A stretch of DNA of 64,000 nt from an uncultured Acidobacteriaceae bacterium (GTDB lineage Bacteria; Acidobacteriota; Terriglobia; Terriglobales; Acidobacteriaceae). Shown one piece after another: positions 48,391 through 57,160 of the stretch. Every line of letters begins with the position of its first letter. The first letter of the stretch is position 1. The notes under the pieces are model-generated. The model was given only the letters and a program-made list of their open reading frames with translations, ran no database searches and was not told the DNA's origin. Both the position numbers and the translations under genes were made by a program. The DNA lies in contig CAVWTV010000021.1 in assembly GCA_963757965.1 (NCBI GenBank), forward strand, positions 32,687 to 96,686, given 5' to 3'.

Positions 48391-48655
48391 ACTCCCTGCT
48401 CCCTCCGGAATTTTCGATCCGCAGATGTGGTGTCAGGGGCGGACAAGTCGAAAGCGGCCGATTTTACGGTACTAAAGTACAGTGTGGCCCTAATACCACC
48501 AGGTAGGGGGGGAGGGGGGGCTATGTAGCGGACTGGGCACATCGCTCGCGGATTTCATGGATCGGGAATTGTGCGGCATGTCTGTTTGGCCCCCGTAGAC
48601 CATTGTGCGCCGGGTGAACCATAAATTCTGCAAGCGTGGCCGTTAGAATCACAGG

Positions 48656-49766
48656 GTGAGTTCAGGCTTCAAAATCATCGCGGAGAACGAGGCAGGCGGA
48701 CGGCGCGGGCAGATCGGCCTGCCTCACCGGACTGTCGAGACGCCGGTCTTCATGCCGGTGGGGACCGCGGGGACGGTCAAGGCCGTTCCGCAGGACGTGC
48801 TCGAAGCGCTGGGCGCGGAGATCATTCTCGGCAACACCTATCATCTCTATCTGCGGCCAGGCCACGAGGCCATTCGCCGGATGGGCGGGCTGCACAAGTT
48901 CATCAGCTGGCCGCGCGCAATGCTCACCGACTCGGGCGGCTTCCAGGTGTTCAGCCTGAGCGCGCTGCGCAAGGTGACGGACGACGGCGTGCGCTTCCGG
49001 TCGCATCTGGATGGGAGCAGCCATTTCTTTTCGCCCGAGCACTCCATGGACGTGCAGATCGCGCTGGGCGCGGACATCGCCATGGCGTTCGACGAGTGCA
49101 CGGAATACCCGGCGGACAGGTCGAGGGCGCGAGGAGAGCCTGCGGCTGACCATGGCCTGGGCGCGGCGGTCGCTCGATCACTTCCGCGCGCACCGCGATG
49201 AAGTGGTGTGGCACGATGAGCTCGGCGGGCAAACGCAGAGTCTGTTCGGCATTGTGCAGGGCGGCATGTACAAGGACCTGCGCAAGGAAAGCGCGGAGCG
49301 GCTGGTCGAGATGGACTTTGACGGCTACGCCATCGGCGGACTGAGCGTGGGCGAGCCGCGCGAGCTGACGCTGGAGATGATCGCCGAAGTGCTGCCGCTG
49401 CTGCCCGCGGACAAGCCGCGCTACGTGATGGGCGTGGGCTATCCGGACGAGATCGAGCAGTATGCGCGCATGGGCGTGGACATGATGGACTGCGTGCTGC
49501 CGACCCGCGCCGCGCGCCACGGGCTGCTCTTTACCAGCGAGGGACGGCTGAACATCAAGGGCAAGAAATATGCAGAAGACCAGGGCCCGCCCGACCCCGC
49601 CTGCGAGTGCATGGTCTGCCGGCGCTACTCGCGCGCTTATCTGCGCCACCTGATGCAGGCCGGCGAGGCGCTATCGGGAACGCTGAACACGATTCATAAC
49701 CTGGCGTATTACTTAGGGATCATGGAACGGGTGCGGAAGAGTCTCGACACGGAGTTAGCGAGTTAG
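48656..49766 (+). pseudogene. tgt: queuine tRNA-ribosyltransferase, reading frame broken once near 49128-49133
   Basis: [30 protein letters not shown] and [10 protein letters not shown] lie in frame 1. [14 protein letters not shown]...GIVQGG...GYAIGGLSVGE...KPRYVMGVG...DCVLPTR lie in frame 2. Together they make a colinear full-length Tgt. Confidence 0.85.
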
Positions 49767-49777
49767 CGGAAGGTGGC

Positions 49778-49902
49778 AGGGGCTAAAGCCCGGTTTGTTT
49801 TTGTGGGCTTTTTGCGGCACGACTAAAGTCATGCCCTGTTACAGAACCGCCCCCAAATGGAGTTTTTCCGCAACCTCTGAAGTCATGCCCTGTTACAAAG
49901 CC
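49778..49902 (+). repeat. dispersed intergenic hairpin repeat, copy C (right half duplicated)
   Basis: CAGGGGCTAAAGCCCGG...TTGCGGCACGACTAAAGTCATGCCCTGTTACAGAAC...GAGTTTTTCCGCAACC + TCTGAAGTCATGCCCTGTTACAAAGC. Confidence 0.85.
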
Positions 49903-49908
49903 TGCATC

Positions 49909-50550
49909 TTACAAGGCTCGCTTTGATGGAGTCTCTGCGCACGGGTCAGAAGAGGCCTTCCCAGGTATCTTATCCAGATTCTCGCTAAGGATCATTACCG
50001 CGGTAATCCATAGGGCTAGGCCCGTTCCTCCTGCGGTTATGACGGAGCGGAGAGGGCCGGGAGAAATCAAGAGCGCTCCAAACGCAGCCAATGAAATGGC
50101 CGCGCCCGTCCCATAGTAAAGAGGCATTTTGAATAGTTTGCCAAGAGGGAGAAAGTGGAGCCCTACGACCGCGCCGACCCATTGCCCGTATAGTTCTGGC
50201 CGATGGAAGTGACCCAGGATCGGCCCTCCAACAGATATCGCAGCGCCTTCTATCGCGACGATTAGCACATATCCAATTCTGTAAAACCTCACGAGCCGCT
50301 TATCCAAAGCAACTCTCGGCGCGTGACGCAGAGCGGCTAGGTTCGCAATCGCCCAAACCACAAGGATTGCCGTGGCCGCCGCGATTGCGCCGAACCAAGG
50401 TCTTTGTCCGCCAGGGATCGCAGCCTGGGTCCACCAATACAGCGCATAGGCGCCGAACCCGGCACATACGATGGCGCCAACCGCTCTGCCTCGCATTCGA
50501 ACCAGCAAATCCGGTCCGCCGGGACCCAGAACTCCGCCTGCCTTGCTCAT
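49909..50550 (-). CDS. polytopic membrane protein, paralog of 53858..54469 (family unknown)
   Basis: Shares GAxVCAGFGA and GAxxGLHFLPLxKxFKxPxYYxTGA...GLxLWxTAxMIL blocks with the other copy. I chose the start at MSKAGG (the ORF opens at 50625). Confidence 0.7.
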   Translation of the reverse strand: MSKAGGVLGPGGPDLLVRMRGRAVGAIVCAGFGAYALYWWTQAAIPGGQRPWFGAIAAATAILVVWAIANLAALRHAPRVALDKRLVRFYRIGYVLIVAIEGAAISVGGPILGHFHRPELYGQWVGAVVGLHFLPLGKLFKMPLYYGTGAAISLAAFGALLISPGPLRSVITAGGTGLALWITAVMILSENLDKIPGKASSDPCAETPSKRAL

Positions 50551-50584
50551 TTCATCCTCCGGCTCCTCGGCCGAATCCTGCCCC

Positions 50585-50893
50585 TCAGATTGCCGAACCC
50601 AGCAGCTCCCTGAGCGCCGATACATACTGAGTCAGCGCGCGGCGGCCGGGCTCTGTCATGCGGTAGAGGGTCTGTGGCTTGCGCTGGACAAACTTCTTTT
50701 CGACGGCAACGTAGCCGGCTTCTTCCAGCTTCATTAGCTGCGCGCCGAGGTTGCCGTCGGTGGAACCGGTCTTGGCGCGAAGCCAGGTGAACTCCGCCTC
50801 TTCGACGCTGGAGAGCAGCGACAGCAGGGCCAGACGCAGCTTCCCGTGAATCACAGGATTAAGCTCCGGCAGCTCAGGCATGGTAGTCTCCAC
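50585..50893 (-). CDS. small winged-helix transcriptional regulator (HTH_34/ArsR-MarR-like)
   Basis: 102 aa. IHGKLRLALLSLLSSVEEAEFTWLRAKTGSTDGNLGAQLMKLEEAGYVAVEKKF...YRMTEPG. Confidence 0.75.
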   Translation of the reverse strand: METTMPELPELNPVIHGKLRLALLSLLSSVEEAEFTWLRAKTGSTDGNLGAQLMKLEEAGYVAVEKKFVQRKPQTLYRMTEPGRRALTQYVSALRELLGSAI

Positions 50894-51470
50894 GCCGATG
50901 GCCCTGGGCTTCGCGGATCATGCCGTAGATGCCGAAGGCGATCTGGCAGAAGAAGATCGCAACCAGAAAGGCGATCGACGTTTGAGTCTCGGAACCAAAG
51001 CAGGAGACCGCAGCCGCGGTCCACCACACCACCGCGCAAGCGAATTGCATCTTCCATTTCAGGATGATGCTGGATGTGGCGTTGGCCATGCCCAGCATGG
51101 CCGCGATGATGGCGATGAAGCTATGAAGTTCGTATCGGCCGCTGATGCCCAGACACATGAGCAGGGTAAACATCGAGATGCCCAAGGAGGCCCAGATGGC
51201 GCTCATGGCGCGGCCGATCGTGGTTGCGGGGCGATTGCGCTTTTTGCGCGAGATGAGAATCGCCATGAGCACACAACTGGCAATCATGGTCACCGGCCAG
51301 GCCACGGAGCTGCGGCCAAGGGCCGACCAGGCAATCGCGATGAGGTAGGCCACGCCCCAAAGAACAAAGGTCCAGCCCCAGCTTTCGGTGGTGCGGCGGC
51401 CTTCGGCGATCATGGATTCAATGAGGCTGAGCCTTTGCTTCAACTCCAACTCTTCGGATTCTTCAGTCAT
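50874..51470 (-). CDS. hypothetical membrane protein (5 TM) preceding the winged-helix regulator
   Basis: 198 aa with an acidic coiled N-terminus then TM helices. It overlaps the regulator gene by ~20 nt. Confidence 0.6.
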   Translation of the reverse strand: MTEESEELELKQRLSLIESMIAEGRRTTESWGWTFVLWGVAYLIAIAWSALGRSSVAWPVTMIASCVLMAILISRKKRNRPATTIGRAMSAIWASLGISMFTLLMCLGISGRYELHSFIAIIAAMLGMANATSSIILKWKMQFACAVVWWTAAAVSCFGSETQTSIAFLVAIFFCQIAFGIYGMIREAQGHRRGDYHA

Positions 51471-51501
51471 GGGGGTTCTCCTTGGTGCGTGTTCATTCCT
51501 T

Positions 51502-51590
51502 CAGGGGCTAAAGCCCGCGTTCTTTTGTCGCAATTGCGGCACGACTGAAGTCATGCCCTGACACAAAGCATGTTTTTGAAACACGCTCAT
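51502..51590 (+). repeat. dispersed intergenic hairpin repeat, copy D (inside a minus-strand gene string)
   Basis: TCAGGGGCTAAAGCCCGCG...TTGCGGCACGACTGAAGTCATGCCCTGACACAAAGC. Confidence 0.85.
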
Positions 51591-51606
51591 GTGTCTATTG
51601 AATGTC

Positions 51607-52914
51607 CTACGCGTACTCCCAGCGGCTGGCAATCTTGCGGGCGATTGCGAAGAGCACGATGCCGATGGCGAGGAGGACGCAAACCTGCGGCCAGAGCGCA
51701 GTAACGGGCAAGTCGCGCCAGAAGACTTTTGTGAAGCCGTCGATGGCCCAGGCGTTGATGGTCCACAGGCCGGCTTTCTGCATGGCCGCAGGCATCAGAA
51801 AGCGGGGAAACATGCTGCCGCCAATGGCGGACATGATGAGGATGAACAGCGTGGAAAGCGCGCCCAATTGCGCTCGGGTGCGGCACAGGCTGGCCAGCAA
51901 CATGCCGAAGGCGGCGACGGCAAATGCGGTGCTCAGGCCCATGATGGCAAAGCCGGGGAGATGACTGAAGAAATCGAGCTTGAAAACAGCCCAGGCCCAG
52001 AGGAACATCACCGTCAGTTGCGTGAAGGCGAGCAGGATGTTGAAGACCAGCTTACCCGCGAGCAGGCCGGTCATGTTGATGCGCGAACTGAGCACGCGGT
52101 CGAGAGTGCCGGACTCAGCTTCGTCGAGCAGCGCGCCCGCCGAGCCGCTGGCCGTGAAAAGCAGAAACATGACGCCAATGGCCGCGGCATAAAAAGAGAT
52201 CATGGGATTGTTCTTGTTCTCGCCGACCACAGAGCGGGCATGAACGGAGATGAATCCACCGTTACCGGACCCGTTGTGAGCGGCGGAGTTTCCGTCAGCG
52301 GCCTGGGCGTTCTCAAGTTGGCGCATATGGGCGAGGGAGTCATCCATCGACTTGCGCTGTTGCGGGGTGAAGCCGCCGATGTATTTGTCGGTGTACTTCA
52401 TTCCCTGCTCTGCCATGACTTCGGGCATGGCGGTCATTGCGGCTTTCTGCAGCAATCCCGCCACCATCTGCGGCGCAATTGCGTCGCTGGCGTCGTTGAG
52501 GAGCTGGATGGCCGGGGCGGCTTTGGCGGGGTCGGAGTTGGGTCCGAAGGAGACGGGATTTTCACCGAAGCCGCGTGGAACGATGAGCGCCACCGAAACG
52601 TCACCCGCTTTGACCGCGGCCTCGGCAGTGGCTGCCGTGTAGTCGGGAGGCGCGGGTTGATTTTTTGTGGGCGCAGGTTTGGTACTGACGATCATGGAGC
52701 CGTCGCTCTGAAGGCTCTTGACGAGCTGCTGCGAGACACGGCTCTGGTCTTGGTCGACCACGATGACTTTGACCCTCGGCACGGTGTCATGCTGCCCGCC
52801 AAAAATGATGGCGAAGATGGAGAAGAATGCGATGGGGACGACGAAGCTCAACACCAGCGAAACTCGATCGCGGCGCAAGGCAATGATCGCGGTACGTACG
52901 ATAGGCAGAATCAA
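51607..52914 (-). CDS. ABC-2 type exporter permease with large extracytoplasmic loop
   Basis: 435 aa: N-terminal TM helix, ~170-aa loop, then 5 TM helices. TTGA start/stop overlap with the ATPase gene. Confidence 0.8.
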   Translation of the reverse strand: MILPIVRTAIIALRRDRVSLVLSFVVPIAFFSIFAIIFGGQHDTVPRVKVIVVDQDQSRVSQQLVKSLQSDGSMIVSTKPAPTKNQPAPPDYTAATAEAAVKAGDVSVALIVPRGFGENPVSFGPNSDPAKAAPAIQLLNDASDAIAPQMVAGLLQKAAMTAMPEVMAEQGMKYTDKYIGGFTPQQRKSMDDSLAHMRQLENAQAADGNSAAHNGSGNGGFISVHARSVVGENKNNPMISFYAAAIGVMFLLFTASGSAGALLDEAESGTLDRVLSSRINMTGLLAGKLVFNILLAFTQLTVMFLWAWAVFKLDFFSHLPGFAIMGLSTAFAVAAFGMLLASLCRTRAQLGALSTLFILIMSAIGGSMFPRFLMPAAMQKAGLWTINAWAIDGFTKVFWRDLPVTALWPQVCVLLAIGIVLFAIARKIASRWEYA

Positions 52915-53861
52915 TCTCGTAACTCCCTTCCGGTAAGGTGCAGGAACACGGACTCAAGGTTGGGGCGGTGCAGAGACAGGTCAACCAGCGCAAGGCCGGC
53001 CGCTTCTGCGCTGTCGAGCAGGGCGGCAATCTCAGCGGGATGCTCGACGGTAAATTGCGCCGTTCCATCGACCAGGCGGCCGGCGCGCGCCGCAACCCAG
53101 GCTTCGACGGCAACGGGCGAACCGTCTACGCGGGCCAGCACCTGGTTGCGCGAGGCGAAGGCGCTTGTCACCAGCGCTTCCTTGGTGTCGAGAGCGATGA
53201 TGCGGCCGTGGTCGACGATGGCGATGCGGTCGCACAACCGCTCCGCTTCTTCCATGTAGTGGGTGGTGTAAATGATGGTCATGCCTTGCGCGCGAAGAGC
53301 TTCAATCATTTCGAAGATGCGATTGCGCGACTGTGGATCGACGCCGACGGTGGGTTCGTCCATCAGCACCAGGCGCGGCTGGTGGATGAGGCCCGCGGCC
53401 ATATTGAGCCGGCGCTTCATGCCGCCGGAGAGGGTCCGCACAAGGTCGCCGGCACGGTCTTCAAGCGCCGCCCACTGCAGGCACCAACTGACAGCCTCAT
53501 TGAGCTTCTTGCCGGTGAGGCCGTAGTAGCGGCCGAACGCGCGCAGATTTTCCCTGGAACTGAGGCGCGGATAAATGGCCAGCTCCTGCGGAACCCAGCC
53601 CAAGGCTGTTCGCGCCGCAGGCGAACCGGCTGCCGAGCCAAAGACTTCGATGCGGCCGGCATCGGGAATGACGCGGCCGGCGATGGCGCGGATGAGCGTG
53701 CTCTTGCCCGCGCCATTGGGGCCGAGCAGGCCCAGGCATTCGCCGGCGGAGAGCGAAAGCGATATTCCATCGACGGCGACCGTCTGGCCATAACGCTTGA
53801 CCAGTGAGTCCACGATGAGCGGGGTTGTGGTTAGAACGGCGGGCGTCGAACTGGCGCTCAT
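52911..53861 (-). CDS. ABC transporter ATP-binding protein (ABC-2/DrrA-like)
   Basis: Walker A GPNGAGKST, signature LSGGMKRRL and Walker B LVLMDEP. The start MSASSTP at 53861 forms an ATGA overlap with the upstream gene. The longer ORF to 54548 is rejected. Confidence 0.9.
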   Translation of the reverse strand: MSASSTPAVLTTTPLIVDSLVKRYGQTVAVDGISLSLSAGECLGLLGPNGAGKSTLIRAIAGRVIPDAGRIEVFGSAAGSPAARTALGWVPQELAIYPRLSSRENLRAFGRYYGLTGKKLNEAVSWCLQWAALEDRAGDLVRTLSGGMKRRLNMAAGLIHQPRLVLMDEPTVGVDPQSRNRIFEMIEALRAQGMTIIYTTHYMEEAERLCDRIAIVDHGRIIALDTKEALVTSAFASRNQVLARVDGSPVAVEAWVAARAGRLVDGTAQFTVEHPAEIAALLDSAEAAGLALVDLSLHRPNLESVFLHLTGRELRD

Positions 53862-54469
53862 ACGATCACCTTTCCGGGCTCCTCTTCTCTCGACGAGAGC
53901 CAATCCTGGCACAGAATCATCGCCGCGGTCGCCCATAAGGACAGACCGTCGACGCTGCAAGCCACAATCGTGCGAATGTTCCCCGCGGGAATTGCCAGCG
54001 AAGCAAAAACCCCCAGCACCATTACGGCTCCAGTCAGGTAATAAACAGGCGACTTGAACATTTTGGCGAGGGGCAGGAAGTGCAATCCAATAATCGCGCC
54101 AAGGCACTGGGGGATCAGCATGTATTGATGAATGTGCGCCAACCATCCCGCCGCACCAAAACATAGCAGCCATTCGATGGCAGCGTTTGTCCAGTAAGGC
54201 ACCGAGATAGCCGCCCAGCGCTCTCGGTCCGCGGCTGAATAGACAAAGGCAGGCAGCGAACGAAGCCGGATCAAGGGCCACGCAACGAGCGCAACCGTGA
54301 GCATCCCGATCGCGGTGAGCGAGAGAGGCGTGGCGATGGCTCCAAAAAACAAGGCTTCGAACATCCATACGGCGCCGAAGCCGGCGCAGATGAGAGCGCC
54401 TATGATGCGGCCTTTCAACCAGGCGGGGCCGAAGGGTGGAGAGACGAGGGAAGTAGGGGTCGTTGCCAT
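53858..54469 (-). CDS. polytopic membrane protein, paralog of 49909..50550 (family unknown)
   Basis: 203 aa, first gene of the ABC operon. Shares conserved blocks with the 49.9-kb copy. Confidence 0.7.
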   Translation of the reverse strand: MATTPTSLVSPPFGPAWLKGRIIGALICAGFGAVWMFEALFFGAIATPLSLTAIGMLTVALVAWPLIRLRSLPAFVYSAADRERWAAISVPYWTNAAIEWLLCFGAAGWLAHIHQYMLIPQCLGAIIGLHFLPLAKMFKSPVYYLTGAVMVLGVFASLAIPAGNIRTIVACSVDGLSLWATAAMILCQDWLSSREEEPGKVIV

Positions 54470-54555
54470 TTTGAGTGCTCCTGTCCGATTTGGAATCTTC
54501 TATGAAGCTGCGAATCGAGAGGTTCTGATTTCTTAGAGAAGTCCTCAATAAGGAG

Positions 54556-54574
54556 TACTCTATTCTATAGAGTA
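54556..54574. promoter_or_regulatory. perfect palindrome TACTCTAT-TCT-ATAGAGTA upstream of the membrane-protein/ABC operon
   Basis: Read directly. It lies 87-105 bp upstream of the start at 54469, in a 150-bp AT-richer intergenic region. Confidence 0.45.
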
Positions 54575-54619
54575 TGGAATGTCAAGAGCTGTTTTCGCCT
54601 TCTTTGAGGTGGCTGAGAA

Positions 54620-56810
54620 TTACGCTGGGATTCGATAAGGAGCCTGGAGCTCGCGCCGGTCCGGCCCTCTCGCGGGCCTCGATTGCGACCTCGTAAAGTC
54701 GCTGAGTGCGTGGACCACGCGTTTCACGAGCCCTGCCCAATCGCCCGGCGAGGTTTGGCGGAAGAGCCGCGCGGATGGATACCAGGGGGTGGTTTCAATA
54801 TTCTGCATCCAGCGCCAGTCGGCAAGATAAGGCAGCAGAATCCAGACAGGCTTTGCCATGGCGCCGGCGAGGTGAGCGATGCAGGTGTCGGTGGTGATGA
54901 CCAGATCGAGAGTCGCCAGCAGCGCTGCCGTTTCGGCAAGATCCACATCGCGACTAGCCCCATCCCAGACAAAAACTCGTCCGGCTAGGGCAGAAAGCTG
55001 GTCTGCGCCCGGGCCCTTTTGCAGGGATATCCAGTTAATGCCTGGGGTGCGCAACAGAGGGAGCAGCGTATCGAGCTTAATCGACCGCTGACGATCTGCC
55101 TTGTACCGTGGATTGCCTGCCCACGCTAATCCGACCCGCAGAGGACGGATTCCGGGCTGGTCAATCGTCCGAACGGACGGAGTTTGTAGCTGCCTCTCAT
55201 ACGCACGCTTCCTGTCGGCGCCAAGGTATGCGCCCGGCCAGGGAACGGTCTCAATGGTTGTGCCGAAGACAGCCGGCAAGCTCAGCAGCGGGCATTCGAG
55301 ATCGAATACCGGCGGCCTGGCGCCGAGGAGTGCAATCTCCACCTGTCCTGCTCGCACTGCGGGCAGCGATTCCATCAGCCTCTCGACCGGCGCTTGCACC
55401 TGCAGGATCGCCACCCCGCCGCGCGCTACCGCAAGCGTTGCATAACGGCAAAATTGGATGGTGTCGCCCAGCCCCTGCTCGGCGTGAAGCAGCACTCTTC
55501 GTCCGTCAAGTGGCTCGCCGAACCATCTTGGTTGGGCGAATGAGCGCGGTCTTTGATGCACCTCGCGAAACCGCCAGCGCGCCTCGTACGCCGGCCAGCC
55601 GCGCTCCCAATCGCCCAGACGCAGTTGAGTCAGCGAAAGGTTGTACATGGCGCCGGGGTGCGATGGATCGCGCTCGACCGCGAGCTCGTGCGCCCGCAAC
55701 GCCTGGTCCATGTGGCCCAGATCGAGCAGCGCGTTTCCGCGGTTCGAGACCGCGGCGCGACTGCCCAGCGACTCGGCGCGATCGAACGCATCAACTGCCT
55801 CTAAGAATCGACCTTCGCCATGCAGCAGGATGCCGTGCATGTTTACGGCTTCAGCGTGTGCGGGGTCGCGTGCCAGGGCCCAGCGAAGCCATCCCCAGGC
55901 TCCGGCCAGATCCTTCTCTGCCGCGCGGAACTGGCACCACGCCACCAGCGTTTCCACCTGCTCGGGATTCACCGCCAGCGCCTTGCGCAGATACGCCTCA
56001 GCCGCTTCTGGCCGGCGGCGTTCCCGCTCCAGCAGGGCCAGGTCGATCCATCCGGCAATGATGTCGGGCCTTAACTCGACGGCGCGCAGCAGAGCGGCTT
56101 CCGCGTAGGTTTCGCGTCCCTGCTCGCGCAGCAGGCTGCCCAGGTTCATCCAGGCGGCGGCAAAGTCGGGGCGCAGAACAAGAGCACGGCGGTAGCGTCT
56201 TTCAGCGTCCTTCACCCGCCCCAGGCGGACCAGGACAAAGCCGGCGGCGAACTCGGCTTCGGGAAGCCGGGGACACAGCGAAATCGCTTGCTCGTAGCGG
56301 GCGAGGGCATCCTCATTCCGCCCCAGCATCGCCAGCGCATTGCCCAGACCGAGGTGCGCGCCGACGAGGGCCGGCTGCCGCTTGAACGCCAGCTCAAACT
56401 CGCCGAGCGCCTGCTCCGCGCGGCCAGTGGCGATCTTCAGCTCGCCCAGGCCCATCCGCGCCAGCGGATTCATTCCATCCAGCCGGATGGCCTCGCCGTA
56501 AGCGTTCTCAGCCTGGCCGTTTCGGCCGCCGGCCATCAGAGCTTGCCCCAGCGCGACCCATGCCGTTGCTCATCTCCGGTGCGGCAAACACAGCTGCCGT
56601 GGCCATCTTCACCGCCGCATCGAACTGGCGGCTGGCCAGCGCCACCAGGCTGATTCCCACCAGCGCCAGAGGCTGGCAGGGGTTCTGCTCGAGCATGGTT
56701 TGATAGCCGAGCGCTACCTCGGTCAACCGGCCGGTCAGCTCCCAGCTAGTCAACTCTTGGGGCGGAGATGTTTTTCGGGCCTGGTATGCCATCGCAGTCA
56801 ACGCAACCAT
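54620..56810 (-). pseudogene. TPR-repeat protein with C-terminal glycosyltransferase family 9 (heptosyltransferase)-like domain, one frameshift near 56560
   Basis: ORF 56508..56810 (...AAVKMATAAVFAAPEMSN) continues in another frame as AWVALGQALMAGGRNGQAENAYGEAI... (ORF 54620..56536). The C-terminus LRVGLAWAGNP...LVITTDTCIAHLAGAMAKPVWILLP is GT9-like. Confidence 0.75.
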
Positions 56811-57160
56811 CCGGCGGCCGGCACGCAGCTAGAGCCTGCGATCAATATGAGATTGGCGGCCATCCTGCGTGGACGCTAGACCAGTTGAGGCGGCGGCTCA
56901 AGGGAAACCCGCTCAATTGGTGCAGTTCGCGGGTTCAAATTCCCATTTCTTCAGTTGGGCCGATTCGGAACCGGAAACCTGGGTCAAGACCTAAGAGCTT
57001 ATCCGTAAATTGCGCATTCGAGTAGCGCCGCTCTCCGGAGCGGCTGTACTGGTGGCATCCACGCCTCCAGAGGTCGTATGCGGGCCAGGAGGCCCACAAG
57101 ACAGCCGACCTGGAGGTCGGCGCTACTTATATACGGATAAGCACTCAGAATCGTCCCGCC

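Noticed and set aside
48318-48542. 74-aa minus-strand ORF
   Set aside because: It is built from repeat copy B and the G-rich spacer, with no coding features.
51589-53259. 556-aa plus-strand ORF
   Set aside because: It is antisense to the ABC-2 permease and ATPase genes, whose Walker and signature motifs are unambiguous. Its composition is Gly/Arg/Asp-rich.
53862-54548. N-terminal 229 codons of the 545-aa ORF 52911..54548
   Set aside because: This part is Arg-rich and overlaps, out of frame, the conserved paralogous membrane-protein gene. The ABC ATPase starts at MSASSTP (53861) with an ATGA overlap.
55108-56061. 317-aa plus-strand ORF, and similarly 57200..58267 (355 aa) and 35119..35919 (266 aa, minus strand)
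   Set aside because: All are antisense shadows of the TPR-GT9, esterase and lpxC genes respectively.
56881-57125. tRNA-like T-arm (GGGTTCAAATTCCC at 56931-56944) plus three GC hairpins (57027-57044, 57082-57095, 57104-57121)
   Set aside because: Only 3 bp of the would-be T-stem pair, and no acceptor, D or anticodon arms can be drawn, so this is not a tRNA gene. It may be a decayed tRNA 3' fragment (att-site relic), but no integrase or island boundary is visible. The hairpins lie just downstream of the esterase stop on the minus strand and lack a U-tract, so I do not call them a specific ncRNA or terminator.
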